Part shown: positions 13,234-21,803 of the stretch, piece after piece
Layout of the letters: each line of letters opens with the position of its first letter
How positions within the stretch are numbered: the first letter of the stretch is position 1
Assembly (NCBI RefSeq): GCF_032878955.1
Contig: NZ_CP043839.1
Location: 4,473,185-4,505,184, forward strand
Reading direction: 5' to 3'
DNA from: Butyricimonas paravirosa
Lineage (GTDB): Bacteria; Bacteroidota; Bacteroidia; Bacteroidales; Marinifilaceae
DNA: 32,000 nucleotides
Made by a program: the position numbers and the translations under genes
Notes under the pieces: model-generated
The model's database searches: none
What the model was told of the DNA's origin: nothing
Seen by the model: the letters and a program-made list of their open reading frames with translations, nothing else

Positions 13234-14700
13234 ATGAGATATTGGATTTTGATTTTATTGATCGGTTGGTGTTGTTCGGTGAAAGCCCAACATGAAAAGA
13301 TGTCCAAGGAGATAATGGATGTGTTTCACTCTATTTCAAGTGATGAAATTATGGAATATGTGCATGAATTATGCAAGGAAGAATATAACGGACGGCTTGC
13401 CGGAACGGGAGAATATATGAAATGTGCTTTTTGGTGCGCGGAACAATTGTGTGATTTCGGGTTAGAACCCGCGGGGGATGATGGTTCTTATTTACAACAT
13501 TTTCGGATGCCTACGACGAGTTTGATCGATTGTAGATTGAAAAAAGTGGGAAATGAACAAGAGTATGTCTTCCCGCGGGATTTTTATCCGGGAATGAACT
13601 CTGATTCGAGGAAGGTGGAAAATGCAGAAGTGGTGTATGCCGGGTATGGGATCACGGCCCCGGAATACGGGTATGATGATTACGAGGGGATAGATGTAAA
13701 GGGAAAGATTGTGATCATTGAACGGGGTATACCATATCGGGATAAGGATGAGAAGAAACGTTTTGATCTTTATATGCGCTATGCTTCCGAGAGTTATAAA
13801 TTACCTCAGGCTTTAAAGAAAGGTGCGGCAGCGGTGTTGTTGGTTGGAAAACTGGCACACACGGGAATTGCTTTTTCGAAAGAGATGATTTATACTCACG
13901 TGGATCCTTCCATGGTGGATGAATTGGTTGCAAAAGCCGGGTATACGCGGGACGGGTTAAAAAAACAGATCAGTGAGAAACAAAAGCCCTGTTCTTTTAA
14001 TACCGGATGTCGTTTGAATATGGATGTTGTGACTCGTCACTATCCTTATGCGACCACCTGTAACGTGATCGGCGTGATCAAGGGGGTGGATACGACTTCT
14101 TCCATTGTATTGGGGGCACACCTCGATCATTTGGGTAACAATGGATTAATGTTTCCCGGTGCTTTGGATAATGCTTCGGGGGTTGCTTTACAGTTAGCCG
14201 TAGCGAAGGCTTTGGCTGCTAGTGGAATCAAACCGGAGAAGAATATCGTGTTCGCTTTTTTCGGGGCGGAGGAAAGAGGTATTAAAGGAGCAATTCATTA
14301 TTTGAATCATCCTACGTTTCCGCTGGACAAAACCATGTGTATGTTGAATATAGATATGGTTGGAAATGGAAATGGTTTATCGGTTTGGGGGGCAGAAAGC
14401 TTTCCGGCGGTGGCAAAAATATTCGCTCAAGTGAACGATCGATGGTTGCACCGGGAATTTGAGGTAACTCCTTATGAGCGGGCCGTGAGTTATTCCCAGG
14501 CGGATGGTGATGAATTTTCCAAACGGGGGATTCCGGCCTTATATATAGCCACGACCGAGGAGTTGAAACCTATGTATTATCATGATCCGAGAGATCGGGC
14601 TGAAACATTGACTCCTGAAATTATGGAGGATGCAGCTAGAATGTTGTTTCTGGCATTACCGGAGATTGTAAAGATCAAAGGTGTTTTGAGAGAAAAATAG
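13234..14700 (+). CDS. M28-family Zn aminopeptidase with PA (protease-associated) insert
   Basis: 488 aa with a signal peptide. The PA-like block is VVYAGYGI...YEGIDVKGKIVIIERG. The M28 metal-ligand motifs are GAHLDHLG, GALDNASGVA, FFGAEERGIKGA and NIDMVG. Confidence 0.85.
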   Translation: MRYWILILLIGWCCSVKAQHEKMSKEIMDVFHSISSDEIMEYVHELCKEEYNGRLAGTGEYMKCAFWCAEQLCDFGLEPAGDDGSYLQHFRMPTTSLIDCRLKKVGNEQEYVFPRDFYPGMNSDSRKVENAEVVYAGYGITAPEYGYDDYEGIDVKGKIVIIERGIPYRDKDEKKRFDLYMRYASESYKLPQALKKGAAAVLLVGKLAHTGIAFSKEMIYTHVDPSMVDELVAKAGYTRDGLKKQISEKQKPCSFNTGCRLNMDVVTRHYPYATTCNVIGVIKGVDTTSSIVLGAHLDHLGNNGLMFPGALDNASGVALQLAVAKALAASGIKPEKNIVFAFFGAEERGIKGAIHYLNHPTFPLDKTMCMLNIDMVGNGNGLSVWGAESFPAVAKIFAQVNDRWLHREFEVTPYERAVSYSQADGDEFSKRGIPALYIATTEELKPMYYHDPRDRAETLTPEIMEDAARMLFLALPEIVKIKGVLREK

Positions 14701-14726
14701 ACGTGTAAATTATAAAATTTAAATGT

Positions 14727-15656
14727 ATGGATGTCGCTATTGTAAAAGTAGAAAATCTTTCTCATCGCTATAGTTCCCAGTGGGCTATACAGGATATTAG
14801 TTTTGAGATTAACCAGACGGGAGTCCTTGGGTTATTGGGCTCGAATGGAGCCGGGAAATCAACCACGATGAATATCATGTGTGGCGTGTTGAAACAGACG
14901 AAGGGGGAAGTATATATTAACGGGGTGAGTTTGCGGGATAACCCGGTGGAGGCGAAGAAGCATATCGGTTTTTTGCCGCAGAAACCGCCTTTACATCTGG
15001 ATTTGAATGTGGATGAATATTTAACACATTGCGCTTATTTGCGTTCCGTGGAACCCAAGCATATCAAAGCTGCCGTGGAGAAGGCGAAGGATAAATGTGG
15101 AATTATGCATTTCAGCAAGCGTTTGGTGCGTAATCTTTCCGGAGGATACCAGCAGCGTTTGGGAATAGCGCAGGCTATCGTGCATGATCCGAAATTCGTG
15201 GTATTGGATGAACCGACAAACGGGTTGGACCCCAACCAGATTGTGGAAATCCGGAATTTGGTAAAGGAGATTGCGGTGGATCGAGCCGTGATGCTTTCCA
15301 CGCATATTTTACCAGAAGTGCAAATGACTTGTGATCAGATCCGGATGATTGAGTCCGGGCATATGGTGTTTGCGGGGACCATGGATGAATTTAATAATTA
15401 CATCAAACCGGATTCGTTAGTCGTGCTAATGGATGCTCCGCCAAGTGAAAATGAACTGCGAGCCATTCCGGGAATCGTAAGCGTGGAAAATTTGACAAAC
15501 AAGCGTTTCCGTTTGCACTTTGACACAATGGATGCTATTTCGGAAAGAGTGATCGAAGCGAGCGTGGCTAACGGATGGCATTTGCAAGAGATCAATATGG
15601 AAAAGAGTTCATTGGATGTGATCTTTGCTAAATTATCGGGTAAAAAAATCAATTAA
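14727..15656 (+). CDS. ABC transporter ATP-binding protein (ABC-2 / GldA-like subfamily)
   Basis: Walker A is GSNGAGKST, the Q-loop is FLPQ, the signature is LSGGYQQRL, Walker B is VVLDEPTNGLD and the H-loop is LSTHIL. Confidence 0.92.
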   Translation: MDVAIVKVENLSHRYSSQWAIQDISFEINQTGVLGLLGSNGAGKSTTMNIMCGVLKQTKGEVYINGVSLRDNPVEAKKHIGFLPQKPPLHLDLNVDEYLTHCAYLRSVEPKHIKAAVEKAKDKCGIMHFSKRLVRNLSGGYQQRLGIAQAIVHDPKFVVLDEPTNGLDPNQIVEIRNLVKEIAVDRAVMLSTHILPEVQMTCDQIRMIESGHMVFAGTMDEFNNYIKPDSLVVLMDAPPSENELRAIPGIVSVENLTNKRFRLHFDTMDAISERVIEASVANGWHLQEINMEKSSLDVIFAKLSGKKIN

Positions 15657-15667
15657 TAAAGAATCTT

Positions 15668-17959
15668 ATGAGAAAAATATATAGAATAGCAAGAACGGAA
15701 TTGCAAACCTTGTTCTATTCCCCTATAGCCTGGTTAATTCTTATCGTGTTCACTTTTCAGACCTGTATGGTTTTCGTACAGGAAATGGAAGGATATGTAA
15801 GGTCTCAAGCCCTTGGTTATGGGGTGTATAGTGTTACTTCCCGTCTATATGCAAGCTGGACGGGTGTATTCTCGAATGTACAGAATTACCTGTATCTTTA
15901 TATGCCATTGCTGACTATGGGGTTGATGAGCCGGGAGTTGAGCAGTGGTTCGATTAAATTGTTGTATTCTTCTCCAGTCACGAGTTGGCAGATTATTCTG
16001 GGAAAATATCTGGCTATGGTGATTTATGGTTTGGTATTGATCGGCATATTATGTGTGATGGTTATCTTTAACCTATTCACGATAGAGAATATGGATTGCG
16101 GACTGGTCTTTACCGGATTGCTGGGAATATACTTGTTGATCTGTGCTTATGCGGCCATCGGGTTATTCATGTCTTGTTTGACTTCCTATCAAGTGGTTGC
16201 TGCTATCGGTACTTTAGCCTTGTTGGCTGCTTTGAATTTCGTGGGAGGAATGTGGCAAGGTGTAGATTTGATTCGCGATATCACGTATTGGCTCTCTATT
16301 TCCGGACGTGCGGATGAGTTGATTGCCGGATTGATTTGTAGTGAAGATATTTTGTACTTTATTATCGTTATCGCTGTATTCTTAGGTTTCTGTATCATTA
16401 AGTTGCAATCAGGTAAGCAACGGACGACTTGGTATATGGTGTTTAGCAAGTATGTAGGAGTATTTATTGTTGCAATTTTCTTGGGTTATCTCAGTTCTCG
16501 GCCGATGCTGAAATTCTTCCATGATTCTACTGCTAATAAAATAAAAACGTTGACTAAAAGTAGTCAAGATATCATGAGCCAGATGACAGGTGATTTGACA
16601 ATAACAACGTACGTGAATCTGTTTGAGGACAATTGCTGGTCAGGTTTACCAATCAGTAGAAATGGAGATATTGGTCGTTTTGCTCAATATATCCGTTTTA
16701 AACCGGATATTAAAATGAAGTACGTGTATTACTATGATAGAACTTATAATCACGCTGCATTACAACAACGTTATCCGGGATTAAGTGACGAAGAGATCGT
16801 GGAAAAATTGTGCGAAACGATGAGTCTGAATCCCAAGATGTTTATGAAACCGGAAGAATTTCATAAGATTATTGATTTATCAGATGAGTATAATCGTTTT
16901 ATTCGAGTGTTAGAAAGAGAGAGTGGGGAAAAGACATTTTTGAGAGTGTACGAGGATAATCAAAAACATCCACATGAACGGGAAATCTCTGCAGCAATGA
17001 AACGTTTGGTGATGGATTTACCGAAAGTTGGTTTCGTGCAAGGACATGGTATGCGTGATATAGGGAAAACGGGTGATTTGGATTATTACAATTTTGCTCA
17101 TAATAAGATATTCCGTTATTCTCTGTTGAATCAAGGTTTTGATGTGACTTCACTGACGTTAGATCAAGATGTACCGGAGGATATTAATGTATTGGTTATT
17201 GCCGAGATGAAAACTCCATTCTCAGCTGAAGAAATGGAACGTTTAAACAAGTATATAGAACGAGGTGGTAATTTGTTAGTTGCAGGAGATGCTGAAAGAC
17301 AGGAAATTATGAATCCAGTGATCGCTCCGTTTGGTGTGAAATTCTTACCTGGTCGTTTGGTGCAATCAAGTGAACATGTTGCTAATTTAATTGTGGGGAA
17401 TGTGACGAGGGAAAGTTGTAGCTTGAATTATATGTTTAGTGATATGTTCCGTCTCTATAGTGTGACAATGCCGGATGCAGTTGCTTTGGAATGTGATACA
17501 ACGAAAGGATTTATTTTAACACCTCTTTTAGTAACCCCAAATAAGGGTAGCTGGATTGAATATAAAACAACTGATTTTATAGATGATAAAGTAGAATTGA
17601 ATCCAGAAGATGGAGAAGTGGAACAGGCGAATTTAACTGCAGTAGCTTTGAATCGGAAAGTTGGGAATAAAGATCAGAAAATAATTATTTTGGGAGATGC
17701 TGATTGTATTAGTAATGGGGAAATTAGTCGCCAGAGATCAAATATTGTGGCTTCTAACTACTCTTTTATCAATGCTATGTTTTTTTGGTTCTCGGATAAT
17801 GAGGTGCCTATTGATGTTCGTCGTCAACAAGCAGAAGATAATAGTGTGAGTTTGAGTATGGATGCGATGGCTGTTGCGAAAGTTGGATTCTTGGGTGTGT
17901 TGCCGATATTACTGTTAATTTGTAGTGTATTTATTTGGGTGAGAAGAAGAGGAAAATAG
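15668..17959 (+). CDS. Fused ABC-2 permease (GldF-like, ~6 TM) + GldG-like auxiliary periplasmic domain with C-terminal TM anchor
   Basis: 763 aa. The N-terminal ~250 aa are multi-pass hydrophobic. A large soluble region follows (DLTITTYVNLF..., GFVQGHGMRDIGKTGDLDYYNF, NVLVIAEMKTPF, IIILGDADCISNGE). The protein ends in the helix VGFLGVLPILLLICSVFIWVRRRGK. Its start is 11 nt after the ATPase stop. Confidence 0.75.
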   Translation: MRKIYRIARTELQTLFYSPIAWLILIVFTFQTCMVFVQEMEGYVRSQALGYGVYSVTSRLYASWTGVFSNVQNYLYLYMPLLTMGLMSRELSSGSIKLLYSSPVTSWQIILGKYLAMVIYGLVLIGILCVMVIFNLFTIENMDCGLVFTGLLGIYLLICAYAAIGLFMSCLTSYQVVAAIGTLALLAALNFVGGMWQGVDLIRDITYWLSISGRADELIAGLICSEDILYFIIVIAVFLGFCIIKLQSGKQRTTWYMVFSKYVGVFIVAIFLGYLSSRPMLKFFHDSTANKIKTLTKSSQDIMSQMTGDLTITTYVNLFEDNCWSGLPISRNGDIGRFAQYIRFKPDIKMKYVYYYDRTYNHAALQQRYPGLSDEEIVEKLCETMSLNPKMFMKPEEFHKIIDLSDEYNRFIRVLERESGEKTFLRVYEDNQKHPHEREISAAMKRLVMDLPKVGFVQGHGMRDIGKTGDLDYYNFAHNKIFRYSLLNQGFDVTSLTLDQDVPEDINVLVIAEMKTPFSAEEMERLNKYIERGGNLLVAGDAERQEIMNPVIAPFGVKFLPGRLVQSSEHVANLIVGNVTRESCSLNYMFSDMFRLYSVTMPDAVALECDTTKGFILTPLLVTPNKGSWIEYKTTDFIDDKVELNPEDGEVEQANLTAVALNRKVGNKDQKIIILGDADCISNGEISRQRSNIVASNYSFINAMFFWFSDNEVPIDVRRQQAEDNSVSLSMDAMAVAKVGFLGVLPILLLICSVFIWVRRRGK

Positions 17960-17984
17960 GGATAAATATTTAAATATATGTAAG

Positions 17985-18017
17985 GTTCATCCGGTAATAT
18001 TAAATTACCGGATGAAC
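17985..18017. terminator. Bidirectional intrinsic terminator hairpin between convergent genes
   Basis: GTTCATCCGGTAAT (17985-17998), a 5-nt loop, then ATTACCGGATGAAC (18004-18017): a perfect 14-bp stem. It is followed by TTTTG on the + strand and by an A/T-rich stretch on the - strand. The right arm overlaps the last codons of the dehydrogenase gene. Confidence 0.65.
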
Positions 18018-19049
18018 TTTTGTTATCGCAACCTTGATCACTCCGTCAAGTTTGTTTTCGAATATGCGATAGGCTTCTTCAATTTCGTTTAATGGAAAAC
18101 GGTGTGTGATGAGTGGGGTAGTATCAATTTTGCCCTCTTCTATCAGGTGAAGAATTTCGGCACAATCGCAACCATCTACACCGCCGGTTTTGAACGTGAG
18201 ATTTTTGCCATACATATTGGGTAACGGCAAAAGTTGCGGTTTGTCGTAGAGGGCAACTACGGTTACAATGGCGTTGGGACGGGCACATTCCCATGCAAGA
18301 TGGAAGGAATCATCGCTTCCGGCTACTTCTAGTACCACGTCGGCTCCGCCATGATCGCTGTGCTCAAGGACGAATTTTTTGCATTTTTCCGGTTCGGTTA
18401 TCAATACATCGGGATAGTGTTCCCGAACAAACTGAATCCTTTCGGGGGATTTTTCACAGACAATAATTCGCTTCGGATTCTTCAACATCGCACAAAGTAG
18501 CGTGCATATTCCGGTTGGTCCGGCACCAATGATCAATACAGTATCGTCTTCCGTGATTTCAGAAATACGTGCAGCCCAAAAGCCGGTGGCAAGTACGTCA
18601 CCCACGAAAAGAGCTTGTTCGTCACTAACCATATCGGGAATACGGTTTAGTCCGCTATCGGCATAGGGGACACATACATATTCGGCTTGTCCCCCGTCAA
18701 TGCGGCATCCCAAAGCCCAGCCGCCATGGGGATCAGTACAATTGTTTACGAATCCTTTTTGGCAAAAGAAGCACTCTCCGCAAAAGGTTTCCACGTTAAC
18801 GGTGACTCGGTCTCCGGGCTTTACGGTCGTCACGTCAGCTCCTGTTTGTTCTACAATACCCACCATTTCATGCCCGACGGTAATTCCTGGTACAGCACGG
18901 GGGACACTTCCGTGTTTGATATGTAAATCGCTGGTGCAGATGCTGCCTAATGTGACACGCACGATAGCATCTCGTGAATCTTCTATCTTGGGGAGCGGCT
19001 TCTCTTGAAGCTTGAAATTTTCCTTGCTGATGTAGGTGTATGCTAACAT
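18000..19049 (-). CDS. Zn-dependent alcohol dehydrogenase (medium-chain dehydrogenase/reductase family)
   Basis: 349 aa. The catalytic Zn motifs are GSICTSDLHI and GHEMVGIVEQTG, the structural Zn Cys cluster is CGECFFCQKGFVNNC, and the Rossmann motif is IIGAGPTG. Confidence 0.9.
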   Translation of the reverse strand: MLAYTYISKENFKLQEKPLPKIEDSRDAIVRVTLGSICTSDLHIKHGSVPRAVPGITVGHEMVGIVEQTGADVTTVKPGDRVTVNVETFCGECFFCQKGFVNNCTDPHGGWALGCRIDGGQAEYVCVPYADSGLNRIPDMVSDEQALFVGDVLATGFWAARISEITEDDTVLIIGAGPTGICTLLCAMLKNPKRIIVCEKSPERIQFVREHYPDVLITEPEKCKKFVLEHSDHGGADVVLEVAGSDDSFHLAWECARPNAIVTVVALYDKPQLLPLPNMYGKNLTFKTGGVDGCDCAEILHLIEEGKIDTTPLITHRFPLNEIEEAYRIFENKLDGVIKVAITKVHPVI

Positions 19050-19168
19050 AGGGGCGTAGATATATATTTAAATATTGCAATTAATAAAAAGCGTTTTTTA
19101 TCGGGTTTCAAATATAAGGTATAAATCTCAAAAGAGAACTTCGAGAGTTCTGAATTAGGAGAAAAAAG

Positions 19169-19188
19169 CTAGTTTTATCTAGTTTTAT
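19169..19188 (+). promoter_or_regulatory. Perfect tandem 10-bp direct repeat (CTAGTTTTAT x2) upstream of abiEi; possible operator
   Basis: CTAGTTTTATCTAGTTTTAT was read directly at 19169-19188, ~48 nt before the abiEi ATG. The near-consensus -7-like word TATATTTA follows just downstream. AbiEi antitoxins are known autorepressors that bind repeats in their promoters. The operator role here is inference only. Confidence 0.3.
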
Positions 19189-19235
19189 TTCTGAAATGCA
19201 TTATATTTACAGCATAATGGAAACAAAATAAAAGA

Positions 19236-19853
19236 ATGACCTTTTTAGAATTTAAGAATCAACTATTCGATTTAGCATGTTTCAATATCTATCAGGTATA
19301 TGCATGGCAACCGGATTTTGACCGCAATAATCTTACCCGTTGGGTGAAAAAAGGGTATCTTGTCCGTTTACGGCAAGGATATTTTGCTTTTTCTGAATAC
19401 AAGAGTAAGCTGGATTATTCCCTTTATTTTGCTAATCGGATTTACCGGCCCTCTTATATTAGTCTACATACAGCATTAGCGTTTTACGGGATGATACCGG
19501 AAGCAGTAGTGCAAATTACCAGTGTGACATCACTAAAAACTGTCTCATTTAATAACGACTTTGGTGAATACTCCTATAAAAATCTCAAAGAGAATCTAAT
19601 GTTCGGGTATGAATTAAAGCCAGTGGCAGATAATCGTACCATGCAGTTTGCTACACCTGAAAAAGCATTGCTTGATTTACTGTATCTTTATCCATTTTAT
19701 GATAACGAGCAGGAATTAGAGGAGTTGCGTTTGGATGAAGATTATCTACATGATGATTTAAATAAGGATTTATTGATGGACTATTGTGGCAAGTTTCAAA
19801 ACAAGGCACTTGACCGTCGGATAAAATTACTTTTTAAGACTTATGATTTATGA
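19236..19853 (+). CDS. abiEi: AbiEi-family antitoxin / transcriptional regulator (type IV TA, abortive infection)
   Basis: 205 aa. The N-terminal wHTH-like segment is LTRWVKKGYLVRLRQGYFAF. There is a 4-nt ATGA overlap with the downstream AbiEii nucleotidyltransferase gene. Confidence 0.75.
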   Translation: MTFLEFKNQLFDLACFNIYQVYAWQPDFDRNNLTRWVKKGYLVRLRQGYFAFSEYKSKLDYSLYFANRIYRPSYISLHTALAFYGMIPEAVVQITSVTSLKTVSFNNDFGEYSYKNLKENLMFGYELKPVADNRTMQFATPEKALLDLLYLYPFYDNEQELEELRLDEDYLHDDLNKDLLMDYCGKFQNKALDRRIKLLFKTYDL

Positions 19854-20638
19854 TACAAATAGAGCAGATAAGAAATTATTTTCCAGTTCAGATTCGTGGA
19901 AATTCAAGTTTCGATAAGTATATGTTGAAAGAGTATTTGCAGTTGATGATTTTAGATTACCTTTCTTCTACTCCAACCATTCAAAAGATGGTTTTTATCG
20001 GGGGAACAAACCTGCGTTTAGTCAAAGGGATCGATCGGTTCTCCGAAGACCTGGATTTTGATTGTAAAGAATTATCGAAAGAAGAGTTTGTTGAAATGAC
20101 AAATGGGGTAATCCGGTTTTTGGAGCGTTCAGGGTTAAGGGTCGAAGCGAAAGATAAAGAAAATCCGAAGTTAACAGCATTTAGGCGTAATATCTATTTC
20201 CCGGAACTCTTGTTCGATTTAGGATTGAATGGACACAAGGAAGAACGTTTTTTAATAAAGGTCGGGAGCCAAGATCAACAAGTTAATTATTCCCCGGTTG
20301 TTACAAATATCAAGGAGTGTGGATTCTTTTTTCCGTTTCCCGTTCCTTCTGATGGTGTATTATGCAGTATGAAAATTGCAGCTATGTTAGCTCGTGCTAA
20401 AGGTCGTGATTTTTATGACCTGATGTTTTTGCTTTCACAAGCAAAAACGGATTACAATTATCTATCACAACGTTGTGGAATACATAATTTGCAAGAATTT
20501 AAGCAAGTGACGGTCGAATTGCTAAAAACAGTTGATTTGAAGGAGAAACAAAAGGATTTTGAACATTTACTTTTCAACAAAGTGAATAGTGAGAAGATCT
20601 TAAGATTTGGGGAATTTGTGGATTCTCTGACAGAATAA
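19850..20638 (+). CDS. abiEii: AbiEii/AbiGii-family nucleotidyltransferase toxin (DUF1814)
   Basis: 262 aa. The Pol-beta-type NTase motif is FIGGTNLRLVKGIDRFSEDLDFD (GG-x-R.SEDLDF), with a C-terminal RDFYDL motif. It is translationally coupled to abiEi. Confidence 0.85.
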   Translation: MIQIEQIRNYFPVQIRGNSSFDKYMLKEYLQLMILDYLSSTPTIQKMVFIGGTNLRLVKGIDRFSEDLDFDCKELSKEEFVEMTNGVIRFLERSGLRVEAKDKENPKLTAFRRNIYFPELLFDLGLNGHKEERFLIKVGSQDQQVNYSPVVTNIKECGFFFPFPVPSDGVLCSMKIAAMLARAKGRDFYDLMFLLSQAKTDYNYLSQRCGIHNLQEFKQVTVELLKTVDLKEKQKDFEHLLFNKVNSEKILRFGEFVDSLTE

Positions 20639-20717
20639 TTATGTGAGGATGATATTTGCCTGTTTTATTATTTTATGTATATTAGCATGGCGTAATTTCT
20701 AAAGATATAGTTATAGT

Positions 20718-21803
20718 ATGGAAATTCCTTCATCAAAGGTTTTGACCACCAATTGTTTGAGTCGGGTATTTAATTCGACAGTAGCTACTTATAAATATTA
20801 TTGGTTTATTTCTATTTTAGAGATATATGTGGGGACGGAAACTTCACGGATAAAGCTTTGGGATATTATTATTTCGATGATTGCTAATGCATGGTATCCG
20901 GTTCATTATTTTCGTCTTTCGTTTGGGAAAAATGATTCGATGTATGGGGCAATTAAACAGCTCCAAGTGTTGGCCGGAATACCAATAGATGCAAATAAAA
21001 AAGATATTGTAGATGCTTTAAGGAAAGAATTGCATCGCAAAGAAATTAAGTCGTTGTTACGTGTTTTCACGTTGAATGTCCCTTTTCGATTTCTTCGCCC
21101 GTGGATAGATACATCTGATGATAAACAGATGGTTGTACGTTCTCAGGCATTTGAAAATGTTTGTTTGTATGCCTTGAAAAAAGAGGAAAATGAATGGTGG
21201 ATTGAGATAAATCCTGCTTGGAGTGATTATTTGAAGGAGAATTACCGGATATTGATGGATTTTGCTTATTGGAATCTTACATTGTTTTTGCAAACTCGTA
21301 ATCCCAATGTACCTAATATCCCTAATAAATTAATTAAACCAGAATACCGGGATTCACTTACAAGGCAGCGTATGTTTTGGAATACAGTGATTCAGACAAA
21401 TGGACAATTAACGTGTATTTATACGGGACGAGAATTGCATGTGGGAAATTATGATTTAGATCATTTTATCCCATGGAGTTTTGTTTCTCACGATTTATTG
21501 TGGAATCTATTACCTGCTGATCCAAGTATTAATTCATCGAAGAGTAACAAATTACCATTATTAGATGTTTATCTCCCCGGATTGGCAAATGCTCACCATA
21601 GGGCTTTGTGTACTTATATAACATTGGATAAAAACAAGATGGTGTTAGAAGATTACTTGTCATTGGGGCATACTCCAAATGAATTAGCAAATATGAATGA
21701 CGTTCATTTTTATGAGATTTTTTATCAGACATTTTCTCCAATGGTTCAAATTGCTATGAATATGGGATTTGAGTTATGGAATTATACATTTAATTATGAA
21801 TAA
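20718..21803 (+). CDS. HNH (beta-beta-alpha-Me) endonuclease with a ~230-aa unassigned N-terminal domain
   Basis: 361 aa. The Cas9/McrA-like HNH core at aa ~233-280 (nt ~21414-21557) reads CIYTGRELHVGNYDLDHFIPWSFVSHDLLWNLLPADPSINSSKSNK. I do not recognise the N-terminal region (LSRVFNSTVATYKYYWFISILE...). Confidence 0.8.
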   Translation: MEIPSSKVLTTNCLSRVFNSTVATYKYYWFISILEIYVGTETSRIKLWDIIISMIANAWYPVHYFRLSFGKNDSMYGAIKQLQVLAGIPIDANKKDIVDALRKELHRKEIKSLLRVFTLNVPFRFLRPWIDTSDDKQMVVRSQAFENVCLYALKKEENEWWIEINPAWSDYLKENYRILMDFAYWNLTLFLQTRNPNVPNIPNKLIKPEYRDSLTRQRMFWNTVIQTNGQLTCIYTGRELHVGNYDLDHFIPWSFVSHDLLWNLLPADPSINSSKSNKLPLLDVYLPGLANAHHRALCTYITLDKNKMVLEDYLSLGHTPNELANMNDVHFYEIFYQTFSPMVQIAMNMGFELWNYTFNYE

